A stretch of 64,000 bases of DNA from an uncultured Lachnospiraceae bacterium. GTDB lineage: Bacteria; Bacillota; Clostridia; Oscillospirales; CAG-272. Position 1 is the stretch's first letter, and each line of letters opens with the position of its first letter. Under the pieces are notes generated by a model, which saw only the letters and a list, made by a program, of their open reading frames with translations, had not been told where the DNA came from and did not search any database. This document shows positions 56,087 to 64,000 of this stretch, in pieces. The translations under genes were made by a program, and so were the position numbers. Location of the stretch: NCBI GenBank assembly GCA_964490165.1, contig CAZBAR010000002.1:74176-138175 (forward strand). The letters are read 5' to 3'.

Positions 56087-57385
56087 TTAGTTTGCTTTTT
56101 TCAGGGGTTCCTCATCCGGATCAGGGTAGGATATCTTCTTTATATCCGCGCCCAGTGCTCTCAGCTTGCCTACGATATCATCATAGCCGCGCTCTATAAG
56201 ATAGATGTCGGATATCTCTGTAGTACCTTGTGCAATAAGACCGGCAATGACCATGGCAACTCCGCCTCTCAGATCGACTGCCTGAACCTCTGCACCGTGC
56301 AGAGGTCTGCCACCCTCAATAACAGCGGTCCTGCCGTCCACCTTTATAACTGCTCCCATCTTCAAAAGCTCTTCAACATAGCGGAAACGCTTTTCATATA
56401 CGCCCTCAGATACATAGCTCACACCGCCTGCAATGCACAGCAGAACTGCCATCTGAGGCTGCATATCAGTGGGAAATCCGGGGTAGGGGTGCGTCTTGAT
56501 ATTAGCCTTGCGAAGCTTATCCCTGCCGGTAACTATAACAGCGTCGTCAAACTCATCAACAATAGCGCCTGCTTCCTCAAGCTTTGCAGAAACAGATTCA
56601 AGGTGCTTGGGAATAACGTTTGTTACACGGACACAGCCGCCTGTAGCCGCCGCAGCGACCATGTAGGTTCCTGCCTCGATCATATCGGGTATGATAGCGT
56701 AGGTACAGCCGTGAAGTCTGTCAACGCCCTTGATCTTAATAACATCAGTTCCTGCGCCGCTTATTCTAGCACCGCAGGTATTAAGAAAGTTTGCAAGGTC
56801 AACGATGTGAGGCTCTCTTGCAGCGTTTTCTATGACAGTAGTACCTTCTGCCAGAACTGCAGCCATCATTACATTGATCGTAGCGCCTACTGTAACAAAG
56901 TCAAAAAAGATGTTTGCACCAACAGGACCGTTTTCGGAGTCAACTTCAACGCAGGAGCTGCTGTCTGTAGTGACGGTAGCGCCAAGTGCTTCAAAGCCTC
57001 TGACGTGCTGGTCAATAGGTCTTCCGCCGAAATCGCAGCCGCCGGGATATGCGGCTTTCGCTTTCCCGAAACGTCCGAACTCAGCGCCGAGAAGATAATA
57101 AGATCCGCGAATTCTGCGTGCAAGCTCAGGTCGGGAAGAACCCTGGCGGACATCGGTGCAATCTATTTCAACAGTATTTTTGCCAAGCGTTCTGATCTTT
57201 GCGCCCATACCGCGTAAAATATCAAGAGAAAGGGCAACATCACGAACGTTCGGAACATTCTCAATAATGCACTTGTCCTCTACCATAACACAGGCGTAGA
57301 GGATAGGCATAGCGGCATTTTTCATACCGCTTATCTCTACGCTGCCGCGCAGGGGAGATCCTCCGTTTATGACTATTTTATCCAT
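56087..57385 (-). CDS. murA: UDP-N-acetylglucosamine 1-carboxyvinyltransferase
   Basis: MDKIVINGGSPLRGSVEISGMKNAA N-terminus, catalytic-loop region PGGCDFGGRPID, FPTDMQ. Confidence 0.95.
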   Translation of the reverse strand: MDKIVINGGSPLRGSVEISGMKNAAMPILYACVMVEDKCIIENVPNVRDVALSLDILRGMGAKIRTLGKNTVEIDCTDVRQGSSRPELARRIRGSYYLLGAEFGRFGKAKAAYPGGCDFGGRPIDQHVRGFEALGATVTTDSSSCVEVDSENGPVGANIFFDFVTVGATINVMMAAVLAEGTTVIENAAREPHIVDLANFLNTCGARISGAGTDVIKIKGVDRLHGCTYAIIPDMIEAGTYMVAAAATGGCVRVTNVIPKHLESVSAKLEEAGAIVDEFDDAVIVTGRDKLRKANIKTHPYPGFPTDMQPQMAVLLCIAGGVSYVSEGVYEKRFRYVEELLKMGAVIKVDGRTAVIEGGRPLHGAEVQAVDLRGGVAMVIAGLIAQGTTEISDIYLIERGYDDIVGKLRALGADIKKISYPDPDEEPLKKAN

Positions 57386-57686
57386 GAAGGTTAATATCCT
57401 TTCGTTTGACCCGTAGGGTCATTGATCGGCAAGCTCTGCCGTACGAATATATAAGACGCCGCACTGCGGCTAAAAAGTCAATGCTTTTGTAAGAGACAAT
57501 CATACACGTTACCATTATAGCACAATTTTTACAGAAAATAAAGAGTTTTTTCCCCTTTTTTATATTATAAACGCATTGTTGTGCAAAATGTATTATCTAA
57601 CTAATATATATTGAGCAAAATATGTAAATTAGTCCGACAGAAAGCCTTTTTTCAATATATATAATATTCTGCCATGGACTAAAACG

Positions 57687-58784
57687 CTACCTGCCGAAAT
57701 ATGCCACAGCAAGATCGACTACCATTCCGTAGCTTGCGACTCCTGCTGTTCCCTGGCTTTCAAGGTATGCATTGTTGACCTTATCTGATACGTCCGCCAC
57801 TGTATTATCCCGATATTGGTCGAAAAATTTACTGTAAGCTTCAAGCTCGCCCCTCGCACCGGACGAGAGCTTTTTTGCAGCCTTATTATATAGTTCGTGA
57901 GACGCTTTGTACAGCGCGGAGGAAAGATATTCATACATATTCAGATACCCGCTGTAGCGGATATAGTTGTCATCAGAGCTGTCGCATACCAAAAAAGCTA
58001 CAAAGTTTGCTTCATCTTCTTTGGAAATGCCGCGCTGATGTGCCATTTCGTGGGCGGCAGTGAAGGTGCACAGGTAGTCGGGAAAATTGGTATTAAGATT
58101 TGCTTCGCCGGTAAAAAACGAGTATATACCAGATATATGAGTATATGTCATATATCGGCTGATAACAAGCGGTTTTACTCTTGTGCTGTAGTTATCGATA
58201 AAAGTGTATTCGTCGCATATGTCATTATATGCCGAGCAGAGATTTTGGGATAGCTCAGACACGGAAAACGGCATAAGGCTGCTTCCGTCAGCCAGATAGT
58301 CTACATTTTCGCATAGCCTGTTCAGCTCATCGATAATAATATCGGTAGTTCGGTAAAGCTCTTCAGCCGACACCGGCTCATCCGTCAGATCAAGCTTATC
58401 GGCGAGGGAAGAACCGCGATAGCCTGAGGCAAAGCTCAGTATAAAGACGCACCACACCATAGCCGCTGCAAGAACAGTTGATATAATAAAGCGCCACGCG
58501 CTGGCGGCGCTTTTTCTTGCCTCTGCTGCGCCCTCGCGGCATATTATAAATATCAGCAGCGGCGAGGACAGGAGAATAAATTCGCCGAGGGAAAAGGGAA
58601 TGGGATCCGTTATTTTTGCAAAAATGAAACGAACCCCGCGGCCGACGCTCATATTAAAAGCGTCGGCAAAGGCTGGGCTGTGGTTAAACGCAGTCTGCAA
58701 TACTACGCAAGCTATGCAAAGCGCCAGTGCTGCTATAGAGAAAATATTAAAATAACGACGCACTTTTTTCATAGTTATGACCAT
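57687..58784 (-). CDS. DUF3810-like membrane zinc-metalloprotease-motif protein
   Basis: N-terminal TM helices and HEMAHQRG motif. The start may be 58772 (MKKVRR). Confidence 0.7.
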   Translation of the reverse strand: MVITMKKVRRYFNIFSIAALALCIACVVLQTAFNHSPAFADAFNMSVGRGVRFIFAKITDPIPFSLGEFILLSSPLLIFIICREGAAEARKSAASAWRFIISTVLAAAMVWCVFILSFASGYRGSSLADKLDLTDEPVSAEELYRTTDIIIDELNRLCENVDYLADGSSLMPFSVSELSQNLCSAYNDICDEYTFIDNYSTRVKPLVISRYMTYTHISGIYSFFTGEANLNTNFPDYLCTFTAAHEMAHQRGISKEDEANFVAFLVCDSSDDNYIRYSGYLNMYEYLSSALYKASHELYNKAAKKLSSGARGELEAYSKFFDQYRDNTVADVSDKVNNAYLESQGTAGVASYGMVVDLAVAYFGR

Positions 58785-58892
58785 GCCTTTCTTCGGATTT
58801 GTGTCGGTTCGCCATCGGCGGAAGGCACAAATCGTATCTGGAAACAGTGCACGTTTGCTCCACGCTCACTTTATTTTTCAGACTTCGCACCT

Positions 58893-59867
58893 TTACCGTT
58901 TCAGCTCTTTTATGTATTCCTCAAATTCGGGAGTTGCTGCATTCAAAAAAAGCTTTTCCACAGTTTCTGCGTCATCTTCCAGCAGCTCTTTTATATCTGC
59001 CGGAAGATGAGATGTGACCGTGCAGACTTTACCGTCTGCGGGATGTGGAAAAGATAGATACGCCGCGTGCAGTGCCTGCCTTGAGATCGCGGTATCCTTG
59101 GAGCCGTACAGTGTGTCTCCGCATATAGTACAGCCGATAGAAGCAAAATGAACACGGAGCTGATGCGTGCGTCCTGTTACGGGAGCGCAGAGAACAGACG
59201 TGCGCCCGTTTTTATCGGTGTACAGAGTTTTATAGGCTGTCAGAGCAGATTTTGCGTTCGGTTCATCGGCGCTTGCTATGCGCCGTTCTATAACGCTGCC
59301 TTCAACCCTGCACATATATTTGTCAATAATGCCCCAAGCGGGATCGGGCGCGTTTTCAAGCACGGCAATATACAGCTTTACTATATTGCCGCTGACCATT
59401 GCTTTATACATACGCGATGCGGCAAGCCGTGTGTTTGCTGTAAGCATTATTCCGCTCGTATCGCGGTCAAGCCTGTTTACCGGACGAAAAACATACGGCG
59501 CTCCACGGTAACGGTAGGCAAGCGCATTGGCTACCGTGTCCAGCCTGTGACTCTGAGACGGATGAGCCGGCATAAACGGCGGCTTGTCAACAGCGCAGAG
59601 ATATTCGTCTTCAAAAGCGATACCGACAGGAAGCTCTACAGGTATCATATACGGGCAGGTATCTTCCGCCTTATCCTCGTCGGAGAGACGCAGTACATCG
59701 TTTTCCCTCAGCACATATCGCACGGTCTTGTGTTCTCCGTTTACGGTAATTCCGCCGTCGCGGAATTTGAGCCGTTTCATCATTCCCGAAGAAAGAGCAA
59801 GGTCATTTTTCAGATATTCCTTTATAGTTTTACCGTCAAGGCGTTTATCTATCAGTATTTCTGTCAT
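58893..59867 (-). CDS. RluA-family pseudouridine synthase with S4-like N-domain
   Basis: HRLDRDTSG-type motif (NRLDRDTSGIM) and GRTHQLRVH. Confidence 0.85.
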   Translation of the reverse strand: MTEILIDKRLDGKTIKEYLKNDLALSSGMMKRLKFRDGGITVNGEHKTVRYVLRENDVLRLSDEDKAEDTCPYMIPVELPVGIAFEDEYLCAVDKPPFMPAHPSQSHRLDTVANALAYRYRGAPYVFRPVNRLDRDTSGIMLTANTRLAASRMYKAMVSGNIVKLYIAVLENAPDPAWGIIDKYMCRVEGSVIERRIASADEPNAKSALTAYKTLYTDKNGRTSVLCAPVTGRTHQLRVHFASIGCTICGDTLYGSKDTAISRQALHAAYLSFPHPADGKVCTVTSHLPADIKELLEDDAETVEKLFLNAATPEFEEYIKELKR

Positions 59868-61488
59868 TATCGTCTTTCTTTCTGTAGGTCTTAAACATAT
59901 GGATAGTAATAAGTGCCACGGCTAAGGCAGATACCGGAACGGCAACGCTGCCGAGGACAGAATAGGGAGTTCTGCTGTCTGTAAAGCATACCTCGCCTGT
60001 AATGTATCCGGTTTCCCCACATCCCAATGTTTCGGTGATCTTTCCTGTGGGCGTAATGATCGAGGATATACCAGTGTTCGCCGCGCGAAGGACATACCGC
60101 GAGCACTCTATAGCACGCAAAGCTGCGTGAGCGTTGTGCTGCCATTGAGCCGCGCTGCCGTCAAACCACGAGTCGTTAGTGGAAATGCATATAAGCTCTC
60201 CGCCGTCGTTGACGCCGTTCAGGGCAAGCGAGCTGTATATGGAGTCAAAGCAAATAAGACAGGCTACCTTGCCGTGCTCAGTCTCTATAATTGCGCTGTC
60301 ATTACCTGCACTTACGGGATAATCAATTGGAGACAGCGCCGCCAAAGGAGGGCATATTATCTGAATAAGCTCTTCTCCGGGTACGTATTCTCCGAATGGA
60401 ACAAGATGCTGCTTTATATATATAGTATCGCTGTTGATTCCGCTGTCAGGGCTTACATATCTTACGGTATTATACAGCTTATCGTCTTCTGTCATAAACA
60501 CGCCGCACAAAAGCTCAGCGCCGCTGAGACTTGCAGTCTTTTCAAGGTCCTGTGCGATCCTTGGGCTTGCGGTTATATCGTAGTTTATTGCGGTCTCGGG
60601 CCAAAGAATAAGCTCTGCGCCGTCAGCTGCTGCACTGACGGAAAGTTCCCGGTACCGACCCAGTATATCGTCAAGCCTCAAGTGCCATTTTTCACTTGAG
60701 CTTATGTTTCCCTGTACGGCGGCAACCGATACCTTTGTACTGTCAGCCAGTGCGCTTTCAACTACGGATATGCGCACAGCTCCGAAGATAAGGTTTGCAG
60801 CAAATACCGTTGCAGCGCTGACAGCCAGAATGCGGCGCACGCCGCCTCTTGACATGACCGCCGCTGCCACGGCGCAGTTTACAAAAATTATTATAAAGGT
60901 AACGAGATACGATCCGAGAAGAGAAGCGCTTTGTACAGCGGGAAGAAAGGATATCTGAGTAAGCGAAAGCCTGCCCCACGGTACCCCTGCCCAGCTGACG
61001 GTTTGCAGCCATTCTCCTATGACCCACGCGCATCCCGTATATACGCAAAACATAAGGGGATGACGCAAAATGAGATCCTTTTTGCGGCAAAATCCCCATA
61101 AAACAAATATAAAGGAGGACACAACAGCCTGAATTAGTGACAGTCCTATATGCGCTGCCAACACAACTGTTATTGCTTCACCTTTGGTAAAGCCCATATA
61201 GTCTAAAGGGTACAGCTGCCAAAACCAGCTGAAGGTCACAAGGCCGAACGCCATAAAAAAGCACATTCCGTGAAAATATGAGGATATGAGCGTATGACGT
61301 GTAGGTGCCATTCTGAGTTCGGTAATAACAACAGGCACAAGGGCGATCCACGTAATAAACCAAATACTGCCGAAAACAAGCGGAAGCGCAAAAGCGGCAC
61401 CGCACACTGCTAAAAGAATGCAGTGCAGCATTGCTTTGAATTTTTTCGGTTCGTTGCTTCTCTTATTTTCGGCAGATAGAGTCGGCAT
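59845..61488 (-). CDS. lnt: apolipoprotein N-acyltransferase homologue (Lnt-type: multi-TM N-domain plus CN-hydrolase domain)
   Basis: LILWPETA (Glu), KQHLVPFGEYVP (Lys) and ACLICFDS (Cys) catalytic-triad contexts. ~7-8 TM helices. Confidence 0.75.
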   Translation of the reverse strand: MPTLSAENKRSNEPKKFKAMLHCILLAVCGAAFALPLVFGSIWFITWIALVPVVITELRMAPTRHTLISSYFHGMCFFMAFGLVTFSWFWQLYPLDYMGFTKGEAITVVLAAHIGLSLIQAVVSSFIFVLWGFCRKKDLILRHPLMFCVYTGCAWVIGEWLQTVSWAGVPWGRLSLTQISFLPAVQSASLLGSYLVTFIIIFVNCAVAAAVMSRGGVRRILAVSAATVFAANLIFGAVRISVVESALADSTKVSVAAVQGNISSSEKWHLRLDDILGRYRELSVSAAADGAELILWPETAINYDITASPRIAQDLEKTASLSGAELLCGVFMTEDDKLYNTVRYVSPDSGINSDTIYIKQHLVPFGEYVPGEELIQIICPPLAALSPIDYPVSAGNDSAIIETEHGKVACLICFDSIYSSLALNGVNDGGELICISTNDSWFDGSAAQWQHNAHAALRAIECSRYVLRAANTGISSIITPTGKITETLGCGETGYITGEVCFTDSRTPYSVLGSVAVPVSALAVALITIHMFKTYRKKDDNDRNTDR

Positions 61489-61526
61489 AGTATAGGTGCC
61501 TTTCTGTATATATCGGTTTAATTGGT

Positions 61527-62507
61527 TTATTTGAAGAATTCAAGGAAGCGGATATTTTTTCTGTCAGCTTCAAAGGTTTTTTTGTCAAGGTATTTAAGCG
61601 CGCCGCCGTCTGGCGAAAACGTTACTTTATAGGAATAAAGTGCCTGATATTTATAACCCATAGCGCGGTCGGCTTTGTTTTGGGCGTATTTTCCTTCACC
61701 CAGCAGAGGATGAGATAAGTACGCCATATGCGCCCTTATCTGATGTGTGCGTCCTGTCTCCAGATGCACCTCAAGCAGCGCAAGATCTTTTTCGGCGTTG
61801 TACTTCAGTGTTTTATATGACGTAACTATTTTCTTTGCTCCTTTGGTCTCATGCTCGAAAACCGTTACGGTCTTGGTCTTTGAGTTTTTGAAGAGATATG
61901 CGCTTTTTGTACATGAAGACGGAGAGGGCTTGCCGTGCACCGCACATAGATATCTTTTGTCTACCATTCCGTCGCGGATCAGCCTGTTCATTTCCCTGAG
62001 GGCTTCGGCGTTTTTTGCGGCGATCACAAGACCGCCCGTGTTGCGGTCGATCCTGTTGCAAAGGGCAGGGGCAAAGGAGGCTTCGTTATCGGGACGGTAC
62101 TCGCCTTTTTTATATAAATATGCACGGATTATAAAAATAAGCGTGTCCCGCTCAGGTATTGCGGCAGCGCCGTTTTCACCTGCGTCGCCTGTGTGAGAAA
62201 GCATTCCCGCGCGCTTTGCACATATCAGAATGTTATCGTCCTCGTAAACGATGTCAGGCGTAATACGTATTCTGTCGTATTCGGAAACGTCAGCGTCCTC
62301 TTTGGCAAATTCATCAGGTATATACAGCTCTATAACGTCACCGGCAGACAGCATGGTGTTTTCCTTTGCCCGTTTGCCGTTTACCTTTATTCTTTTTTTG
62401 CGGATATATTTGTACATAAGCGACGGCGGCATACCTTTCATGGTTTTTGACAAAAATTTGTCAAGACGCTGACCTCCGTCGTTTTTATTAAGCTCTATAC
62501 GAAGCAT
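61527..62507 (-). CDS. RluA-family pseudouridine synthase (RluC/D-like, S4 domain)
   Basis: NRIDRNTGGL and GRTHQIRAH motifs. Start at ATG 62507 with GGAGAA RBS. The track extension to 62699 is rejected. Confidence 0.85.
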   Translation of the reverse strand: MLRIELNKNDGGQRLDKFLSKTMKGMPPSLMYKYIRKKRIKVNGKRAKENTMLSAGDVIELYIPDEFAKEDADVSEYDRIRITPDIVYEDDNILICAKRAGMLSHTGDAGENGAAAIPERDTLIFIIRAYLYKKGEYRPDNEASFAPALCNRIDRNTGGLVIAAKNAEALREMNRLIRDGMVDKRYLCAVHGKPSPSSCTKSAYLFKNSKTKTVTVFEHETKGAKKIVTSYKTLKYNAEKDLALLEVHLETGRTHQIRAHMAYLSHPLLGEGKYAQNKADRAMGYKYQALYSYKVTFSPDGGALKYLDKKTFEADRKNIRFLEFFK

Positions 62508-62717
62508 ATGTTCTCCAAAAAACAATATACAGTGAAAATCGGCACAGAAGTGCCGATTTAAGATCGAATACAAAGTGTTTACACTTTTTTCAAAGTTTTT
62601 GCGGGTTTTCAGGGTTCTTTTTTCAAAAAGAACCCTGAATGGGGCAAGCACATTCCGCGACGCGGAAGAGCACATTTCGCTACGCGAAAGTGCGGGCAAA
62701 GCCCCGGCAATATCTCC

Positions 62718-63347
62718 TTATTTTGTTCCGAACAGTCTGTCGCCTGCATCGCCGAGACCGGGGACGATATACTTATGATCGTTAAGCTTTTCGTCCATAC
62801 CTGCAATATAGATATCAACATCGGGATGATCGGACATTACCTTTTCAGCGCCCTCAGGTGCACCTACAAGGCACATAAGCTTAATATTTGTGCATCCGCG
62901 CTTTTTCAGCATCGTAATAGCGTCAGATGCGCTTCCGCCGGTAGCAAGCATGGGGTCAACTACGATAACGATACGCTCGTCTATATCGGGGGGCATCTTG
63001 CAGTAATATTCAACGGGAGTGTGCGTTTCGGGGTCGCGGTACAGACCTATGTGACCTACCTTTGCAACGGGTACAAGGCTGAGAAGACCGTCTACCATTC
63101 CGAGTCCTGCTCTGAGAATAGGTACGATCGCAAGCTTTTTACCGGATACACGGCGCGCGGTCATGGTGGCTACAGGAGTTTCTATCTCGACTTCTTCCAT
63201 AGGAAGATCTCTGGTGATCTCATATCCCATAAGCATAGATATTTCATTCAGTAGCTGACGGAAGTCCTTTGCACCTGTATCCTTTTGTCTCATAAGGGTC
63301 AGCTTGTGCGTGATCATAGGATGATCGATAACATGAAGTGTGCTCAT
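62718..63347 (-). CDS. upp: uracil phosphoribosyltransferase
   Basis: [20 protein letters not shown] and [10 protein letters not shown] motifs. Start at 63347 with AGAGGA RBS. Confidence 0.95.
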   Translation of the reverse strand: MSTLHVIDHPMITHKLTLMRQKDTGAKDFRQLLNEISMLMGYEITRDLPMEEVEIETPVATMTARRVSGKKLAIVPILRAGLGMVDGLLSLVPVAKVGHIGLYRDPETHTPVEYYCKMPPDIDERIVIVVDPMLATGGSASDAITMLKKRGCTNIKLMCLVGAPEGAEKVMSDHPDVDIYIAGMDEKLNDHKYIVPGLGDAGDRLFGTK

Positions 63348-63383
63348 ACGTTCCTCTTTCAGCGTCTTGCGCTTTTTTTCTTT

Positions 63384-63412
63384 ATTATACAACCCATTTG
63401 TGCTTTTTTCAA
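63384..63412 (-). promoter_or_regulatory. upp promoter
   Basis: Minus strand: TTGAAA, 17 nt, TATAAT. Confidence 0.5.
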
Positions 63413-63624
63413 GTATCCTGAGTCAATTTGACTCATATTTTCATACAGATCGGCGAATAACAAAAGAAGAGAGTATTGAATTGCGGATAAATTCAAAAGC
63501 TATGACAGCATTTGATCTTATTGGAAATCAGTGAATAATTGTGCTTGACTTATTATAAAGACAGTATTATAATAACAGTTAATGTATGGAAATGTCATAT
63601 TATGCTACCGCTTAAAAATGCAGG

Positions 63625-63915
63625 ATGGGGGGCGTAAAGGTGCAGACTTGGCTTGTTGTTTTGTTTTCTGCGATCGGTGTATCAGTCGGCGTGCTTCAGG
63701 TATGGCTGTTGTTTCGCCTTCTTTCGTCGGTAACGGCAAAAAACTATGCTGCTGCCGTCATGCCTATTGCTTTTAAGACCATGGTATATGCGTTGATATT
63801 TACCGTTACCGTATTGCTGTTTTTCGATTATCTGATCCCGCTGGGTGCGGGGATAGGCGGCGGTATACTTATTGCCGCTGTTATCGGGGCAGCGTTGAAT
63901 ATAAAAAAAGAATAA
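63625..63915 (+). CDS. small multi-TM protein, AtpI/AtpZ-like by position
   Basis: ~3 hydrophobic helices. Lies downstream of and divergent from upp, as atpI does in Bacillus. The start may be GTG 63640. Confidence 0.4.
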   Translation: MGGVKVQTWLVVLFSAIGVSVGVLQVWLLFRLLSSVTAKNYAAAVMPIAFKTMVYALIFTVTVLLFFDYLIPLGAGIGGGILIAAVIGAALNIKKE

Positions 63916-63932
63916 ATAATGGAGATGATAGC

Positions 63933-64000
63933 TTGAATGTTAAAGATATAGTGCTGCTTGGCGCTTCAGGTGCACTGTCGGTAATATCGTTTATACTTTA
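63933..64000 (+). CDS. 5' end of an ORF cut by the window edge (possibly an F0 ATP synthase subunit)
   Basis: GGAG RBS, TTG start, hydrophobic LNVKDIVLLGASGALSVISFIL. Guess from position only. Confidence 0.25.
   Translation, partial: MNVKDIVLLGASGALSVISFIL

Noticed and set aside
55952-57217. 421-aa plus-strand ORF antisense to murA. Similar long antisense ORFs lie at 16669-17526, 27974-28630, 29372-30013, 30140-30835, 36767-37603, 38082-38849, 41894-42766, 48881-49663 and 59148-59894.
   Set aside because: In each case the opposite strand encodes a protein with unmistakable family motifs (murA, potA, GH94-like, gltX, scfB and so on). The antisense translations are Cys/Ser/Arg/Ile-rich with no RBS or recognisable domain. 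They look like shadow ORFs caused by codon bias.
63348-63435. A PyrR-type attenuator upstream of upp, and the TGAGTCAA-T-TTGACTCA palindrome (63419-63435) as an operator.
   Set aside because: The upp leader is only about 36 nt with no terminator/antiterminator pair. The palindrome lies upstream of the -35 element, is short, and could simply reflect back-to-back TTGACT-like hexamers of divergent promoters.
1-64000. CRISPR arrays, tRNA or rRNA genes, IS elements or transposases, toxin-antitoxin pairs, restriction-modification systems and other recognisable defence systems.
   Set aside because: I saw no regularly spaced direct repeats, no cloverleaf-like GC-rich 75-nt islands in the intergenic gaps, and no ORF with transposase, integrase, nuclease-methylase or known defence-domain motifs. 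The absence is judged by eye only.

Overview
This is a 64-kb chromosomal segment that looks like an anaerobic Firmicute of the Clostridia, possibly Ruminococcus/Oscillospiraceae-like. That guess rests on SCIFF, reverse rubrerythrin, rubredoxin, cohesin/dockerin and GlnRS plus GluRS. All calls come from reading the supplied ORF translations and the DNA by eye; no searches were run. About 55 protein genes are supportable. I saw no rRNA, tRNA, CRISPR array, transposase or integrase.

Housekeeping content: rplS, potABCD, gltX-glnS, ispE, murA, trmK, nif3, two RluA-family pseudouridine synthases, upp, xpt with a BMP-type nucleoside ABC transporter, a P-type Ca-ATPase, a MATE pump and a RumA-type RNA methyltransferase.

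Regions worth a second look:
1. nt 1145-5935: a compact, intact phage head/neck module with a scaffold-like protein and an N4-gp56-type major capsid protein. No portal, terminase, integrase or lysis gene is in view. Both scaffold and capsid begin with ribosomal-protein-L27-like (D/E)LQLF(A/S) motifs.
2. nt 36034-38930: a SCIFF precursor and its radical-SAM/SPASM maturase. A hairpin sits between the two genes, and a DUF1015-like gene overlaps the maturase stop.
3. nt 39230-43267: a 1345-aa secreted protein with six cohesin-like modules and a C-terminal dockerin. Its linkers are replaced by 10 copies of a ~40-aa His/Cys3 mini-module. One further copy occurs in the C39-like lipoprotein peptidase at nt 193-1101.
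4. nt 16184-16500: a ~315-nt structured leader in front of potABCD.
5. nt 5940-8422: a low-GC islet of small phosphohydrolase and nucleotidyltransferase-fold genes.
6. nt 59845-61488: an Lnt-type N-acyltransferase homologue nested between two pseudouridine synthase genes.

None of these is proven novel. Each finding lists the decisive test.
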